Position numbers and translations under genes: made by a program
The notes under the pieces: model-generated
Told to the model about the DNA's origin: nothing
Seen by the model: only the letters and a program-made list of their open reading frames with translations
Database searches by the model: none
Shown here: piece by piece, positions 20,797-31,836 of the stretch
Position numbering within the stretch: the first letter of the stretch is position 1
Layout of the letters: every line of letters starts with the position of its first letter
NCBI GenBank assembly: GCA_965222375.1
Contig: CBDCTZ010000016.1
Coordinates: 992,001 to 1,056,000 of the forward strand
Direction of reading: 5' to 3'
Source of the DNA: Polyangiaceae bacterium
GTDB taxonomy: Bacteria; Myxococcota_A; Polyangia; Polyangiales; Polyangiaceae
DNA: 64,000 bases

Positions 20797-22833
20797 ATGA
20801 GTAGAGCGCCGCACCAAGTGCTCCGCCGGCCCCGTCGCCCAGAGTTGAGCTTCAAGGGTGTCGCCGGGCATCCGTTCTCTCGTGTTGGAGGTTTCGCCTT
20901 GGCCCAACCAGACAACAACGGCCGTTCCATTAGGACTGACGTTCCGTCGGCCACTGAAGCTGGCTCGTACGAGCAGCTTCAGACCTTGGTAGCGAGCGCT
21001 CTCGACGGAATCATCACCATCAATGCGGAGGGAGTAGTCCAGCAGGTCAACCCAGCGGCCGCTGAGATGTTTGGTCACGACGCGGACGTGCTCGTTGGTG
21101 AAAGAGTGGAAGTGCTCATGCCGCCTGCTGAGGCTGAGGCGCATGCTGGCTACATCAAGCGCTATCTTGCCACCGGTAAGAAGAGCGTCATCAACTTGCG
21201 TCGCAAGGTAGAGGGACGCAGAGCAGACGGCACGCATTTTCCACTAGAGCTCACCGTAGCGGAGACTGGCGACAAGGATGGCAGGCGTTTCACCGCGTTC
21301 CTCCGGGACCTCTCGAGACTGGAAGCTCATGAACAGCGTTTCCAGACACTGGTCGATGCGCTGCCAGATGGCGTGGTGATTCATCGTCAAGGGCGCATCG
21401 TTTATGCCAACCGTGCGCTGGTCACGATGCTGGGTCGAGTGGAGCAGGAAGAACTGATCGACCAGCACGTACTAGACGTGCTGGTGCACGCCGACGATCG
21501 CGAGAAGGTGGCGGCCCGGATTGCAGATGAAACGCATGAGACACGGTGGCCGATAACGACACTGCGCGCGCTGCGTAAAGACGGGTCCACGTGCCAATTG
21601 GAGGCGACCGCGATTCGCGTTGAGTTCCAGAGCGTTCCCTCTAACGTTGTCGTTCTCCGCGACGTTGGTGAGCGCGAGGAGCTTCGACGTCGTATGATCC
21701 ACACGGAGAGAATGGCTTCTGTTGGGACGCTTGCAGCCGGCATCGGACACGAAATCAACAACCCGCTAACCTATATTGTCGGCAATCTGGAATTCGCGTT
21801 GACGGAGCTACAGGAAATCGCGGGTACGTCCCCATCCGTCCGAGTGCAACAGCTGATCGAAGCTTTGACCGAGGCACGAACTGGCGCGGAACGAGCCCGG
21901 CGCATTGTGGGCGATCTGGCGGCATTCTCGCGGCGCCGGGATGCAGATGAGGTGGTTCCCATTGATGTCAACGCCGCCCTGGAGATTTCACTCAACATGA
22001 CTCGCACGGAGCTCCGCCACCGTGCTCGCGTTCGCCGGGATTTCGGGTGCATCGGCTTGGTGCTTGCGGACGAAACGTCGCTCGTTCAGGTCTTTGTCAA
22101 CCTGCTCACCAACGCGGCCCACGCCATCGAACCGGGCGCCGCAGATGACAATGAGATCTGCGTTTCTTCCAGAAAAGAGGGTGCCGAGGTCGTGGTCGAA
22201 GTCCGGGACACCGGCAAGGGCATTCCGAAGAGCCAACTCGATCGAGTCTTCGATCCCTTCTTCACCACCAAACCGCAGGGCGTTGGAACCGGGCTCGGTC
22301 TCTCGATCAGCTATGGAATTATCGATCGGCTCGGCGGACGGCTTTCCCTCGAGAGTAGGGAAGGCGAAGGTACGGTCGCTACAGTGTCCATTCCCGTCAG
22401 TGATGTCGGGCCGGAGAGCGTTCCTAGTATCTATTCCGATACTCGCGCTCGGGACCGCAAGGGCCACGGCCGGATTCTCCTGGTGGACGACGACAGAGTC
22501 GTGGCCAAGGCGATTCGGCGGATGCTGGATGGATACGCCGTGGAGATCGCGAAGAGCGGGCCGGCAGCGCTTCAGCTCGTGGAGAACGAGCTCTTTGATG
22601 TCGTGATTTGCGACATGATGATGCCAGAGATGACCGGAGCGCAGTTCCACAACCTATTAGCCAAACAGAATCCAGGTTTGGCTGAACGGACCATCTTCAT
22701 TACAGGTGGCGCGCTCGTTGCCGAATTGCAGTCTTTCCTGCAAAAGGTGGATTGTCCCACGCTGCAGAAACCTTTCGACTCTAGGAGTTTGCGCGCGGTC
22801 GTTCGAGGGCTCGTCGCCACTTGTCGCGACTGA
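20797..22833 (+). CDS. PAS-PAS hybrid sensor histidine kinase
   Basis: Two PAS domains, HEINNPL H-box, N/G1/F/G2 boxes (NLLTNA, DTGKG, FDPFFTTK, GTGLGL), C-terminal receiver; start uncertain. Confidence 0.92.
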   Translation: MSRAPHQVLRRPRRPELSFKGVAGHPFSRVGGFALAQPDNNGRSIRTDVPSATEAGSYEQLQTLVASALDGIITINAEGVVQQVNPAAAEMFGHDADVLVGERVEVLMPPAEAEAHAGYIKRYLATGKKSVINLRRKVEGRRADGTHFPLELTVAETGDKDGRRFTAFLRDLSRLEAHEQRFQTLVDALPDGVVIHRQGRIVYANRALVTMLGRVEQEELIDQHVLDVLVHADDREKVAARIADETHETRWPITTLRALRKDGSTCQLEATAIRVEFQSVPSNVVVLRDVGEREELRRRMIHTERMASVGTLAAGIGHEINNPLTYIVGNLEFALTELQEIAGTSPSVRVQQLIEALTEARTGAERARRIVGDLAAFSRRRDADEVVPIDVNAALEISLNMTRTELRHRARVRRDFGCIGLVLADETSLVQVFVNLLTNAAHAIEPGAADDNEICVSSRKEGAEVVVEVRDTGKGIPKSQLDRVFDPFFTTKPQGVGTGLGLSISYGIIDRLGGRLSLESREGEGTVATVSIPVSDVGPESVPSIYSDTRARDRKGHGRILLVDDDRVVAKAIRRMLDGYAVEIAKSGPAALQLVENELFDVVICDMMMPEMTGAQFHNLLAKQNPGLAERTIFITGGALVAELQSFLQKVDCPTLQKPFDSRSLRAVVRGLVATCRD

Positions 22834-22921
22834 GCGCGGCGCTCGTTGCCGATTCGAGCTCGTCGCCCGATGAGTTAAACTTCTTGCAGGCAGCGCGGTT
22901 CGAAACCGCCACTTCTGCGCA

Positions 22922-25171
22922 TCAATCCGTACTGCGCCGGCTGCGCTTCTCCCGCTTCTTCTTCTTCTTCTTGCCTTTGCGGCGCAGCTTTTCGAAGGCG
23001 TCGTCGGGCCTCGGAGCGGCGAGCATCTGCCTGGCGAGCACGTGTTCCGGCTCTCGCGCCCGCTCTCGCGCTTGATCCATGAACTCCATCTGGCTGCGCA
23101 CGGGCGTGCCCGTGGAGGCGGCGCGGCGGTAGCGGCCCAGGGAGTCCAGCAGCCAGCCGTTCTGGGTATCGGCGGCCATGGTGCCCAAGATCCCCTCCCG
23201 TACTCGAGCCTTCAGGTCCTCGTCCAAGATCGGAAACATCACTTCCACCCGGCGGCGGAAATTGCGGGGCATCCAGTCCGCGCTGGAAAAGAAGACCTCG
23301 GGCTCGCCGCCGTTTTCGAATTCGAAGATGCGTGAGTGCTCCAGGAAGCGGTCGATGACTGCGTGCACGGTGATGTTATCGCTCACGCCGGGGAGCCCAG
23401 GTCGAAGGCAGCAGATGCCGCGCACCATCATCTGCACCTTCACGCCAGCCTGAGATGCTGCGTAAAGCGCAGCAATCACGTCGGCGTCGACCAAAGAATT
23501 CATCTTCGCGACGATTCGCGCCGGGCGCCCCGCCCCGGCATGGGCCGCCTCTCGACGAATCAACCCGAGAATGGCCTCGTGAAGCCCAAGGGGCGCCACG
23601 ATGAAGCGCTTCCACTTGGCTGGGGCGCTGTAGCCCGTCAGCAGATTGAACAGGGCGGTTGCGTCTTCGCCGAACTCCTCGCGGGCTGTGAACAGAGACA
23701 CGTCCGTGTATAGGCGCGCGGTCTGCTGATTGTAGTTACCCGTCGCCAGATGCACGTAGCGGCGCAGCCCAGTCTTTTCCTTGCGCACCACGAGCAAGAC
23801 CTTGGCGTGGGTTTTCAGGCCCAGCAGCCCATACATGACGTTCACGCCGGAGCGCTCCAGGGCGCGCGCCCATTGGATGTTGCTTGCTTCATCGAAGCGA
23901 GCTTTGAGCTCGACCACGGCGGTAACCTGCTTGCCCTGTTCGGCGGCGCGCTGCAGCGCGTGCACCAGCGGGGACTCACCACCCGTACGGTACAGCGTCT
24001 GCTTGATAGCCAGTACGTTGGGATCTTCCGCCGCCTGGGACAAGAAGTCGATCACCGCCTCGAAGGACTCGTAGGGGTGATGCAGCAGGATGTCCCCGTC
24101 CTGGATGGTCTCGAAGAAGTCGTCGGAGTCCCGGAGCGGCGGCACGTAGACGGGAGCGTAGGGCTCGTCTCGCAACTTCTTGCGGTCGTCGCCGGAAACC
24201 ATGACCGTCATGTCTCCAAGGAATAGCGGCCCGTCCACCCGATACACGTCTTCTTCCGGATGAATGTCCAGCTCTTGGCAAAGCCACTGGATTGAGTCGT
24301 CAGGAGCGTTGTTGGTCACGCTCAGACGTACCGCGTGGCCCCGTTCGCGGCGCCTGAGCTCCGCCTGCAAGGACAGCAGCAGGTCTTCCGCCTCGTCCTC
24401 GTCGATCTCGATGTCGAAGTTGCGGGTAACGCGGAAGGCGTAGCTGCCAGTGATCACCATCTGCGGAAAGATCATTGCTTGATGACGCAAGATCAGATCT
24501 TCCAGCGCGACAAAAGCGCGACGGAAATCCTTGAAGGGAACCCGCATCAATCGGGGCAGGCTCGTTGGTACTTGCACCACGCCAAACGAAGGCTCGCTGC
24601 TGTGCTCTGCGGAAGCGAACAGGAAGCCCACGTTGATGCTTTTGTTGCGCACGTGCGGGAAGGGGTGCACCGGGTCGATTGCGATCGGCGTGAGCACCGG
24701 AAAGATATCTCGCCGGAAATGGTCGTCGAGCTCTCTCAGGTCTTCTTCAGCGAGTTCGTCGGGCTTGACCAGGGTGATTCCCGCGTCCCGCAGTCCGGGC
24801 AGCACACCATCGTTCCAAGTGGCGTAGCACTCGCGCATCAGCTCATGGGCGCGAGCGGAAATGGCGCTGAGCTGCTCTTCCGCATCCATCCCGTCTGGGG
24901 CGACCTCTTCGATTTCGCCGTGCAACTGGGCTTGCAGGCCAGCAACCCGGACCATGAAGAACTCGTCCAAATTGCTTGCGAAGATCGCAAGGAACTTCAA
25001 CCGCTCGTACAGAGGTACTCGCTCCGAGCCCGCTTCTGAGACCACACGCGCGTTGAACTCCAACCAAGAAAGCTCTCGGTTGATGTACAGCTCCGGAGCG
25101 AGCAGGTTTTCTTGCGGCGGTCGGGCCGATTGAACGGTTGCGGTTGCTTCTTCGGGGATCGCGGAAGTCAT
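22922..25171 (-). CDS. ppk1: Polyphosphate kinase 1
   Basis: NRELSWLEFN, NLDEFFMVRV, HHPYESF, KTHAK, RFLEHSR, SADWMPRN. Confidence 0.97.
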   Translation of the reverse strand: MTSAIPEEATATVQSARPPQENLLAPELYINRELSWLEFNARVVSEAGSERVPLYERLKFLAIFASNLDEFFMVRVAGLQAQLHGEIEEVAPDGMDAEEQLSAISARAHELMRECYATWNDGVLPGLRDAGITLVKPDELAEEDLRELDDHFRRDIFPVLTPIAIDPVHPFPHVRNKSINVGFLFASAEHSSEPSFGVVQVPTSLPRLMRVPFKDFRRAFVALEDLILRHQAMIFPQMVITGSYAFRVTRNFDIEIDEDEAEDLLLSLQAELRRRERGHAVRLSVTNNAPDDSIQWLCQELDIHPEEDVYRVDGPLFLGDMTVMVSGDDRKKLRDEPYAPVYVPPLRDSDDFFETIQDGDILLHHPYESFEAVIDFLSQAAEDPNVLAIKQTLYRTGGESPLVHALQRAAEQGKQVTAVVELKARFDEASNIQWARALERSGVNVMYGLLGLKTHAKVLLVVRKEKTGLRRYVHLATGNYNQQTARLYTDVSLFTAREEFGEDATALFNLLTGYSAPAKWKRFIVAPLGLHEAILGLIRREAAHAGAGRPARIVAKMNSLVDADVIAALYAASQAGVKVQMMVRGICCLRPGLPGVSDNITVHAVIDRFLEHSRIFEFENGGEPEVFFSSADWMPRNFRRRVEVMFPILDEDLKARVREGILGTMAADTQNGWLLDSLGRYRRAASTGTPVRSQMEFMDQARERAREPEHVLARQMLAAPRPDDAFEKLRRKGKKKKKKREKRSRRSTD

Positions 25172-25355
25172 CGTCGCTTTCAAACAGTGCTCCCGGACTG
25201 TAGCGCGGCGCGAGTGATGGGATGGACCTGATTGACGGATGTCATTAGAACGCTACCCGGCTGACCGCTGCAGAAAAACGCCTGCAAATCCAAGGGGTTG
25301 CAAATTGGGCGTAGCCCAACGCTGCGAACCTCGGCAGTTGGCCTACCCTTGGGGC

Positions 25356-26585
25356 GTGCGCGGACTCCATTGCACTGCCTTCTTTGTCTCTTTTTCGCTG
25401 CTGGTTGCAGGTGCCTGCAGTTCGTCGGATCCACCCGTGGTGGTCTCGAGTCTCGACTCCGGAACTGGAGGGGGCGGCGGCCTATCCGATGCGAGTGCCA
25501 GCGGTGGTTCACCTGCAGATGCCGCTGTTGATGGCATCGCAGACTCCGGCGATCCGGATTCACCCGTGGCCCCGGTGAAGCTCGGGATGCGGGCGTCGCC
25601 GCCCACGTCCGAAACCGGTAGTTCCCCGGCGGAGGATCTGCTGGCAGATCTGGCCGTGCTGTCTGCTGGCTCGCGCGCTGGCATCGTGCACGCACGCTGG
25701 GATGAGCTGTTCGACGGTGCCAGCTCCCCTGTGTCCGCGCGCTGGGCGGCGCTTTCCGCCAAAGCCAACGTGTACGGCAAAGCTGGTGCAACGGTCGTGG
25801 CCTGCCTCAGCGTCGTTGACCGAGCCCAGGCTGCTCGACCCATGGGGGTCGATGGCGCGTGGAACTCGTCGGTGAATCTGAAAGCTGGCGAGCTCCTCGT
25901 CGACCAAGCGTTCTCCCACTTCGGAGACGAACTGGGCGTGCTGTCCCTGGGCGTCGAGGTCGACCGCTACCTGACGAAGTCCTCGGCAGCAGAGAGAAAA
26001 GAGCTGGTGGCCTTCGTTGGGCACGTCTTCGACTACGCACGAAAGCACCCGGGCCGCCCGTCCAACCTTCAGGTGGGCATCGGATTCAACCTCGCTGCGG
26101 TCGTTGCGCCTGCGCAGCCCGAGGTTCGGGAGTTAGTGGATACTGGAGACGTAGCGGTTGTGAGCTATGTTCCCTTGGAGCCTGGGTTCAGGGTGGCCGC
26201 TGCAACGAGCCCCTTGGCCGACCTCGACGTCCTTGCGGACGCTGTCGCCAGTGAAACCTCGCCGCCGCTGCCCATCGTCTTTCAAGAAGTCGCGTTGCCG
26301 TCCTCACCGGACGTTCAGAGCAGCGAGGCCAAACAGGCAGCGTTTCTTGACTCGTTTTTCAAGGCTCTGGCCTCGCGGAGGCATCGCCACCCCATTGTCA
26401 TCGCGGCTGCTCTGCACGACGGCCCTCAGAAGGAATGCCAGCAGAACGCGGCGTCCGCAGAGAATCCCCCATCCCCCGCGGCGATTGCGGCGCACTGCAC
26501 GCGGGGGGTGCGTTCGGAAACGGGCTTGGTAAAACCTGCGCAAACCAAGGTTTTCGAGGCTCTGGCGGCGTTTTCCACGCCGTGA
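25356..26585 (+). CDS. Lipoprotein with glycoside-hydrolase-like TIM barrel
   Basis: VAGAC lipobox; LGVEVD and IVFQEV..PS resemble clan GH-A catalytic strands. Confidence 0.5.
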   Translation: MRGLHCTAFFVSFSLLVAGACSSSDPPVVVSSLDSGTGGGGGLSDASASGGSPADAAVDGIADSGDPDSPVAPVKLGMRASPPTSETGSSPAEDLLADLAVLSAGSRAGIVHARWDELFDGASSPVSARWAALSAKANVYGKAGATVVACLSVVDRAQAARPMGVDGAWNSSVNLKAGELLVDQAFSHFGDELGVLSLGVEVDRYLTKSSAAERKELVAFVGHVFDYARKHPGRPSNLQVGIGFNLAAVVAPAQPEVRELVDTGDVAVVSYVPLEPGFRVAAATSPLADLDVLADAVASETSPPLPIVFQEVALPSSPDVQSSEAKQAAFLDSFFKALASRRHRHPIVIAAALHDGPQKECQQNAASAENPPSPAAIAAHCTRGVRSETGLVKPAQTKVFEALAAFSTP

Positions 26586-26651
26586 CTCAAGCACCCCCCA
26601 GGGAGCCTGTTATCCTCAACCCCCTGAAGCACCCGCGACCAGAAGGACCCA

Positions 26652-28757
26652 ATGAGCGACAGTGAATTTTCCACGCCCAGCGACCAAGGCAAGAAGGAGA
26701 GCGGAAGCAGCATGCTCGGCACGATCGCTGCCATGCAGGACTATGACCGCTATCGAGATCTGTCTTGGGAAGGGAGCTTCGAGGACTACCTGAACCTCGT
26801 TCGTCAGCGTCCGCAGATCACGCGCAACGCGTTTCAGCGCGTGTACGACATGGTCATTTCCTACGGGACGGAAGAGTACATCGACAACAAGAAGAAGTTG
26901 GTTCGCTACAACTTCTTTCAGGACGAGGGTGACAAGGGCAAAGACGCCATCTTCGGCCTCGACATCCCGTTGATGCGCTTGATGAACGTGCTCAAGGCTG
27001 CGGCAGAAGCCTACGGTCCCGAAAAGCGCGTCATTCTGCTTCACGGTCCGGTGGGCTCGAGCAAGTCCACCATAGCGCGCCTGCTGAAGAAAGGTTTGGA
27101 GCGATATTGCGCAACTCCCGAAGGCGCTCTCTATACCTTCCGTTGGATCAACCTGAAGAACACGGGTCTGGCTAGTGGGGATGCGGACATTTTCGACTCC
27201 CCCATGAACGAGGATCCCCTCAAGCTGATCCCCGCAGACTGGCGGGCCGAAGGGATCGAGAAGCTCGGCCTATCCAATGAGAACTTCAAGGTGCGGGTCT
27301 CTGGCGACCTGGATCCAGCTAGCCGCTTCATCTTCAAGAACCTGATGCAGCGCTACGAGGGCGACTGGGGCAAGGTGGTGGAGAACCACATCCGCGTGCG
27401 CCGCCTGCTGCTCTCCGAGCAAGACCGGGTCGGCATCGGCACTTTCCAACCCAAAGACGAGAAAAACCAGGACTCCACGGAGCTCACGGGCGACATCAAC
27501 TATCGCAAGATCGCTGAATACGGCTCGGACTCGGACCCTCGAGCCTTCAACTTCGACGGTGAGTTCAACGTGGCCAATCGCGGCATCATCGAATTCGTCG
27601 AGGTGCTCAAGCTAGACGTCGCGTTCTTGTACGATTTGCTCGGCGCGTCTCAGGAGCATCGCATCAAGCCCAAGAAGTTCGCGCAGACAGACATTGACGA
27701 GCTGATCATCGGGCACACCAACGAAGCCGAGTACAAGCGCCTGTTGAACAACGAGTTCATGGAAGCGCTTCGCGACCGCACCATCAAGATCGACATCCCG
27801 TACATCACGAAGCTTTCCGACGAGATCCAGATCTACGAAAAGGACTTCAGCCAACTGCGGGTCAAGGGCAAGCATATCGCGCCCCACACTCTGGAAGTAG
27901 CGGCCATGTGGGCAGTGCTCTCGCGGCTCGAAGATCCCAAGAAGCACAACCTGCAGCTGATCCAGAAGATGAAGCTCTACGACGGTAAGGTGCTTCCGGG
28001 CTACACCCAGGACACGGTCAAGGAGCTGCGCAAGGAATCCAAGCGCGAAGGCATGGAAGGCGTCAGCCCCCGCTACGTGCAGGACAAGATCAGTAACGCG
28101 CTGGTGAGCGACGCCGGCGAAGGCACCATCAACCCCTTCATGGTGTTGAACGAGCTCGAAAAGGGCCTGACCCACCACTCCCTCATCACCAACGACGAGC
28201 AGCGCAAGCGCTTCCGGGATCTGATCGGTGTGGTGAAGCGCGAATACGAAGAAATCGTCAAGAACGAGGTGCAGCGCGCCATCAGTGCCGACGACGAAGC
28301 TCTCAACAAGGTCGCGGCGAACTACATCGACAACATCAAGGCCTACACCCTCAAAGAGAAGGTCAAGAATAAGTACACCGGCCAGGACGAAGAGCCCGAT
28401 GAGCGCCTGATGCGGTCCATCGAGGAAAAGATCGACATCCCCGACAACCGCAAAGACGATTTCCGCCGCGAAATCATGAACTACATCGGCGCCCGGGCAG
28501 TCGAAGGCAAAAAGTTCGACTGGCAAACCAACGATCGCCTACGCCGGGCCCTCGAGCTCAAGCTGTTCGAAGACCAAAAAGACAGCATCAAGCTCAAAAC
28601 CCTCGTCTCCAGCGTCGTCGACAAAGAGACGCAGGAGAAGATCGACATCATCAAGAGCCGCCTCATGCGTTACTTCGGTTACAACGAAGTCAGCGCCACC
28701 GACGTCCTCAACTACGTTGCGAGCATCTTCGCCCGTGGTGATGCGAAGAAGGAGTAG
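26652..28757 (+). CDS. prkA: PrkA/YeaG-family serine protein kinase (AAA+)
   Basis: [39 protein letters not shown]. Confidence 0.93.
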   Translation: MSDSEFSTPSDQGKKESGSSMLGTIAAMQDYDRYRDLSWEGSFEDYLNLVRQRPQITRNAFQRVYDMVISYGTEEYIDNKKKLVRYNFFQDEGDKGKDAIFGLDIPLMRLMNVLKAAAEAYGPEKRVILLHGPVGSSKSTIARLLKKGLERYCATPEGALYTFRWINLKNTGLASGDADIFDSPMNEDPLKLIPADWRAEGIEKLGLSNENFKVRVSGDLDPASRFIFKNLMQRYEGDWGKVVENHIRVRRLLLSEQDRVGIGTFQPKDEKNQDSTELTGDINYRKIAEYGSDSDPRAFNFDGEFNVANRGIIEFVEVLKLDVAFLYDLLGASQEHRIKPKKFAQTDIDELIIGHTNEAEYKRLLNNEFMEALRDRTIKIDIPYITKLSDEIQIYEKDFSQLRVKGKHIAPHTLEVAAMWAVLSRLEDPKKHNLQLIQKMKLYDGKVLPGYTQDTVKELRKESKREGMEGVSPRYVQDKISNALVSDAGEGTINPFMVLNELEKGLTHHSLITNDEQRKRFRDLIGVVKREYEEIVKNEVQRAISADDEALNKVAANYIDNIKAYTLKEKVKNKYTGQDEEPDERLMRSIEEKIDIPDNRKDDFRREIMNYIGARAVEGKKFDWQTNDRLRRALELKLFEDQKDSIKLKTLVSSVVDKETQEKIDIIKSRLMRYFGYNEVSATDVLNYVASIFARGDAKKE

Positions 28758-28815
28758 GGGGCGCCCGGGTCGGCCGCGCTCCGGGCGAGCGCGGCCAGCG
28801 GTCGATGGATTGCGC

Positions 28816-29247
28816 TCAGCGGGCGCGGCCGTAAACCAGCCAGAGAAGCGCCGTCGCCACCACCGCCGTTCCGCCGCCTACGACCAGGCTGGGCGTCAGC
28901 GGCGTGAAGCCGCCTAAGTACATGCCCAAGCCTCCAGCTGCGCCGGTGAGGCCACAGGTGCTCGCGATCTTCCAGAAACTGATTGCGTGTGATGTCACAG
29001 GCTCGTCCGCGCGCGCCAACACCACATCGAACGCTTGGGTCGATGATGGGGTCACGCGGATTTCGTGCCATGCGTCAGCGAAGGAAAAGCGGTAGCGAAA
29101 CACGCTCCCGAAGGCTTTGCGCACCAGTCGCGTCGGCACAGGCTCGCCGTCGATTCGCAGGCTCGCCTTGTCCGTGAGCGGGTTGTGAACGAACTCAATC
29201 GCATGTGCGCGGTCGTTGGCGGCTAGGGAGAAGCAGTGAGTAGCCAT
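28816..29247 (-). CDS. Hypothetical membrane protein
   Basis: Two C-terminal hydrophobic segments. Confidence 0.5.
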   Translation of the reverse strand: MATHCFSLAANDRAHAIEFVHNPLTDKASLRIDGEPVPTRLVRKAFGSVFRYRFSFADAWHEIRVTPSSTQAFDVVLARADEPVTSHAISFWKIASTCGLTGAAGGLGMYLGGFTPLTPSLVVGGGTAVVATALLWLVYGRAR

Positions 29248-29536
29248 GGCGGAAGGCCTAGCAGTTTGCGAACGGGCCGCAGAGCCTTCAGCGTGCCTCC
29301 GGGCCGATGTCGCCGTCACGGACGAGATGGCGCGTGGGTGCCGCCCGGGAAAATCCTGCGCGAATCGGAGACACGCATGAATCGGGCGCTGCGCGATTCA
29401 TCTGTTCGGCTCACGGGTTCGCTGCCCATGGGGGGCGTCCTGGCAGGTCCCGCTTCGGCTCCTGCTGGTGCCCGCTGCGTTGGCCTGTGGCATCATGGTG
29501 GGCGGCCGATGGCCGCGTGGAGGGAGAGTGAGTGTG

Positions 29537-29965
29537 ATGAGCCGTTTCGTCGTGTGTCCCAACTGTGAGCGTCATGTTCGGCGCAGTGAAGCGACCTGCC
29601 CATTTTGCCAGTCGGCGGTGCCCAGCGGCGTACGCAATCATGTTCTGCCCGCGCCCCTGACGGGGCTATCACGCGCCCGAGCGTATGCGTTTCGAGCCGC
29701 CTTGGTCGCGACCGGCTCGGCTGTAGCTTGCGGCGGTGGCACCGAGAACCCAGCACCCGCTGATGCTGGCGGGGACGGCTCTGGTGCCACGGCGGGTACC
29801 GGTGGCATCGCGACCGGCGGTGGTGCTGGCAAGGCGGGTGGCGCCGGCACCGGTGGTACGACGACGGGCGGTAATTCTGGAACCGGTAACAATCCCGGTG
29901 GCGGCGGTTGGCCCATGCCTTACGGCTGCGTCTGGCCTGGCGAGTGCGGCCCTATTTTCGCTTGA
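29537..29965 (+). CDS. Small protein with N-terminal CxxC...CPFC zinc ribbon and lipobox-like AVAC
   Basis: CPNCERHV...CPFC, Gly-rich linker, MPYG tail. Confidence 0.6.
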   Translation: MSRFVVCPNCERHVRRSEATCPFCQSAVPSGVRNHVLPAPLTGLSRARAYAFRAALVATGSAVACGGGTENPAPADAGGDGSGATAGTGGIATGGGAGKAGGAGTGGTTTGGNSGTGNNPGGGGWPMPYGCVWPGECGPIFA

Positions 29966-30000
29966 GGATTCCCGCGACCGACCAACTTACTCGATCCGGA

Positions 30001-31581
30001 CTAGAACTCAAAGGCGCCGATGTCGATCGCTGCGCCCTTTGGGCGAGCCGTTCCGTCGAAGTCGAGCCCAAGCGCGATGGTGGTGTCCCCCTGGTCGACG
30101 GCAGGGCTGCCAGCAGTTAGGTGAAAGTCACCTTTCGCGAAGTCGACGAAGAGCGGATCGCTTTGGACGAGGTGGGGATCTGAGAAACCCGGCATGCCGG
30201 CAGATATACTGGCGGCGGCGACCAGGTTGTGCGTGGCGACCAGGTTGGTTACGGGCTGGTCGAAAGTGAAGGCGATGCCTTTGGTAGCGATGATGTTGTT
30301 CTTGACGGTGATGTCGGACATGCTCGGGTACCGAAACAGCAGGCCCGTGGGATTGCTGGCAAATGGCATCCGTCGGTTGTCGATGGTATTGTTGAATACC
30401 TCGATCCTGGAGACCTTTCCCGTATTGGGCGACCCCTTCCAAGCGGGAAATCCGATCCCAATGAAGTGCGTGTCGTGAACTAGGTTGTTGAACACGCGAA
30501 CGTTCTCCAGCAGTCCTTCCTTCTCGCTAGTCAGTCCAATCCCAATGGCGCAATTGCGGGCGATGTTCGAGTAGAGCTCGATGTCGTGGGTGTGTTTCGA
30601 CCAGGCGTCGACGTAAAAACACATGGCTGGCAAGTCGTGAGCCATGTTCTTGACCACCTTTCCATTGAACGAGCCGCTCTTGACGTCGATACCGGCGCAG
30701 GTCTTGGGCCAATCCTGTGTGTTCCAGACCGTGTTGAAACTCACTTCGAACTGAGTCGTGTTGTGCACGGACAGGCACTCTTGGGAGCCGGTTGTTCGCC
30801 CATCTTGCACGCGGTTGCTCCGGACCATGACCGAGGCCGCGCTCCAGATCCCGATGCCGGCGCTGGCGGTGCGCATGGTGTGGTTGTCGTCGATGACGAT
30901 ATGCGAGCCTTTCTCGACGCCGATGCCCATCTGTGTACCCGTTCCTTCCACGTCTCGAATGGTCAACCCGCTAACGCGGACGTAGTCACTCTCGATCAAG
31001 ACCAGACCGTGGATCCCGATGGCCTTGGGCACCGGGACGCCGGTGCCGTCCAAGATCACCTTTTCCCCCGGGTAGGCAGCCAGAGTGATGTACTTGTCCG
31101 CGGCACCCGAGTTGGACGATCGGAAATGTACGCTCTGGTTGTAGGTGCCCTTGCGCACGAGAATCACGGTGCCAGGCACCGCTACGTCAACCGCCTTCTG
31201 CAGCGTCAGAAACGGTGCCGCCAGTGTCCCCGGATTGCTGTCTTTGCCCGTCGTGGCCACGTAAAGATCGCCGGTCGAGGGAATGGGCTGTTTGACGACC
31301 GTCGATTCAGGCAGCCAGTCAGGAAGCAACGGGTCGGTGCCGCCAGCGTCCCCGCCACCGGTGCTGGTACCTCCGGTTCCCGTGCCGCCGGTTCCCATGC
31401 CTCCCGTCCCCCTGCCTCCCGTCCCTGTGGCGCCGGTTCCCGTGGCGCCGGTTCCGGTCGCGCCGGTGCCCGTCGCGCCGCCCGTTCCTGGAGTCCCTGA
31501 GGATTCGTTGCCGCACGCCCCGAGAAGCAGACCGGCCACGGCAACACCGAGCCATCCCGCGAATGTGATTGCTGCGCGCAT
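30001..31581 (-). CDS. Lipoprotein with DUF1565 / right-handed parallel beta-helix
   Basis: LGAC lipobox, GATGT repeats, YVA..G.D..PGT..APF.T, C-terminal DFHL...SPAVD.G...DIGAFE. Confidence 0.8.
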   Translation of the reverse strand: MRAAITFAGWLGVAVAGLLLGACGNESSGTPGTGGATGTGATGTGATGTGATGTGGRGTGGMGTGGTGTGGTSTGGGDAGGTDPLLPDWLPESTVVKQPIPSTGDLYVATTGKDSNPGTLAAPFLTLQKAVDVAVPGTVILVRKGTYNQSVHFRSSNSGAADKYITLAAYPGEKVILDGTGVPVPKAIGIHGLVLIESDYVRVSGLTIRDVEGTGTQMGIGVEKGSHIVIDDNHTMRTASAGIGIWSAASVMVRSNRVQDGRTTGSQECLSVHNTTQFEVSFNTVWNTQDWPKTCAGIDVKSGSFNGKVVKNMAHDLPAMCFYVDAWSKHTHDIELYSNIARNCAIGIGLTSEKEGLLENVRVFNNLVHDTHFIGIGFPAWKGSPNTGKVSRIEVFNNTIDNRRMPFASNPTGLLFRYPSMSDITVKNNIIATKGIAFTFDQPVTNLVATHNLVAAASISAGMPGFSDPHLVQSDPLFVDFAKGDFHLTAGSPAVDQGDTTIALGLDFDGTARPKGAAIDIGAFEF

Positions 31582-31836
31582 ACTCCCTGGTCGGTGCAGT
31601 TCCCGTGCCGAAGTCGGCAAACTTGTTGCTGGTGGTGGATCCGTGGGGCGCGGCGCCGAGCGATCGGGCGCCGTTGAGATCGCACGGCGCGGGAACCTTG
31701 CTCACCTTGCGCGAACTCTCGCCAGGCTTGAGCAGGTTCCGAGCGCCCCGGAGTTTCCTGTCGCTGCTCAGGCGGCGCAAAACGGGTTGTAAACGTCGGA
31801 GGCGTCTTGGTGTGGTGCTTGCAACCGCAACCGGCA

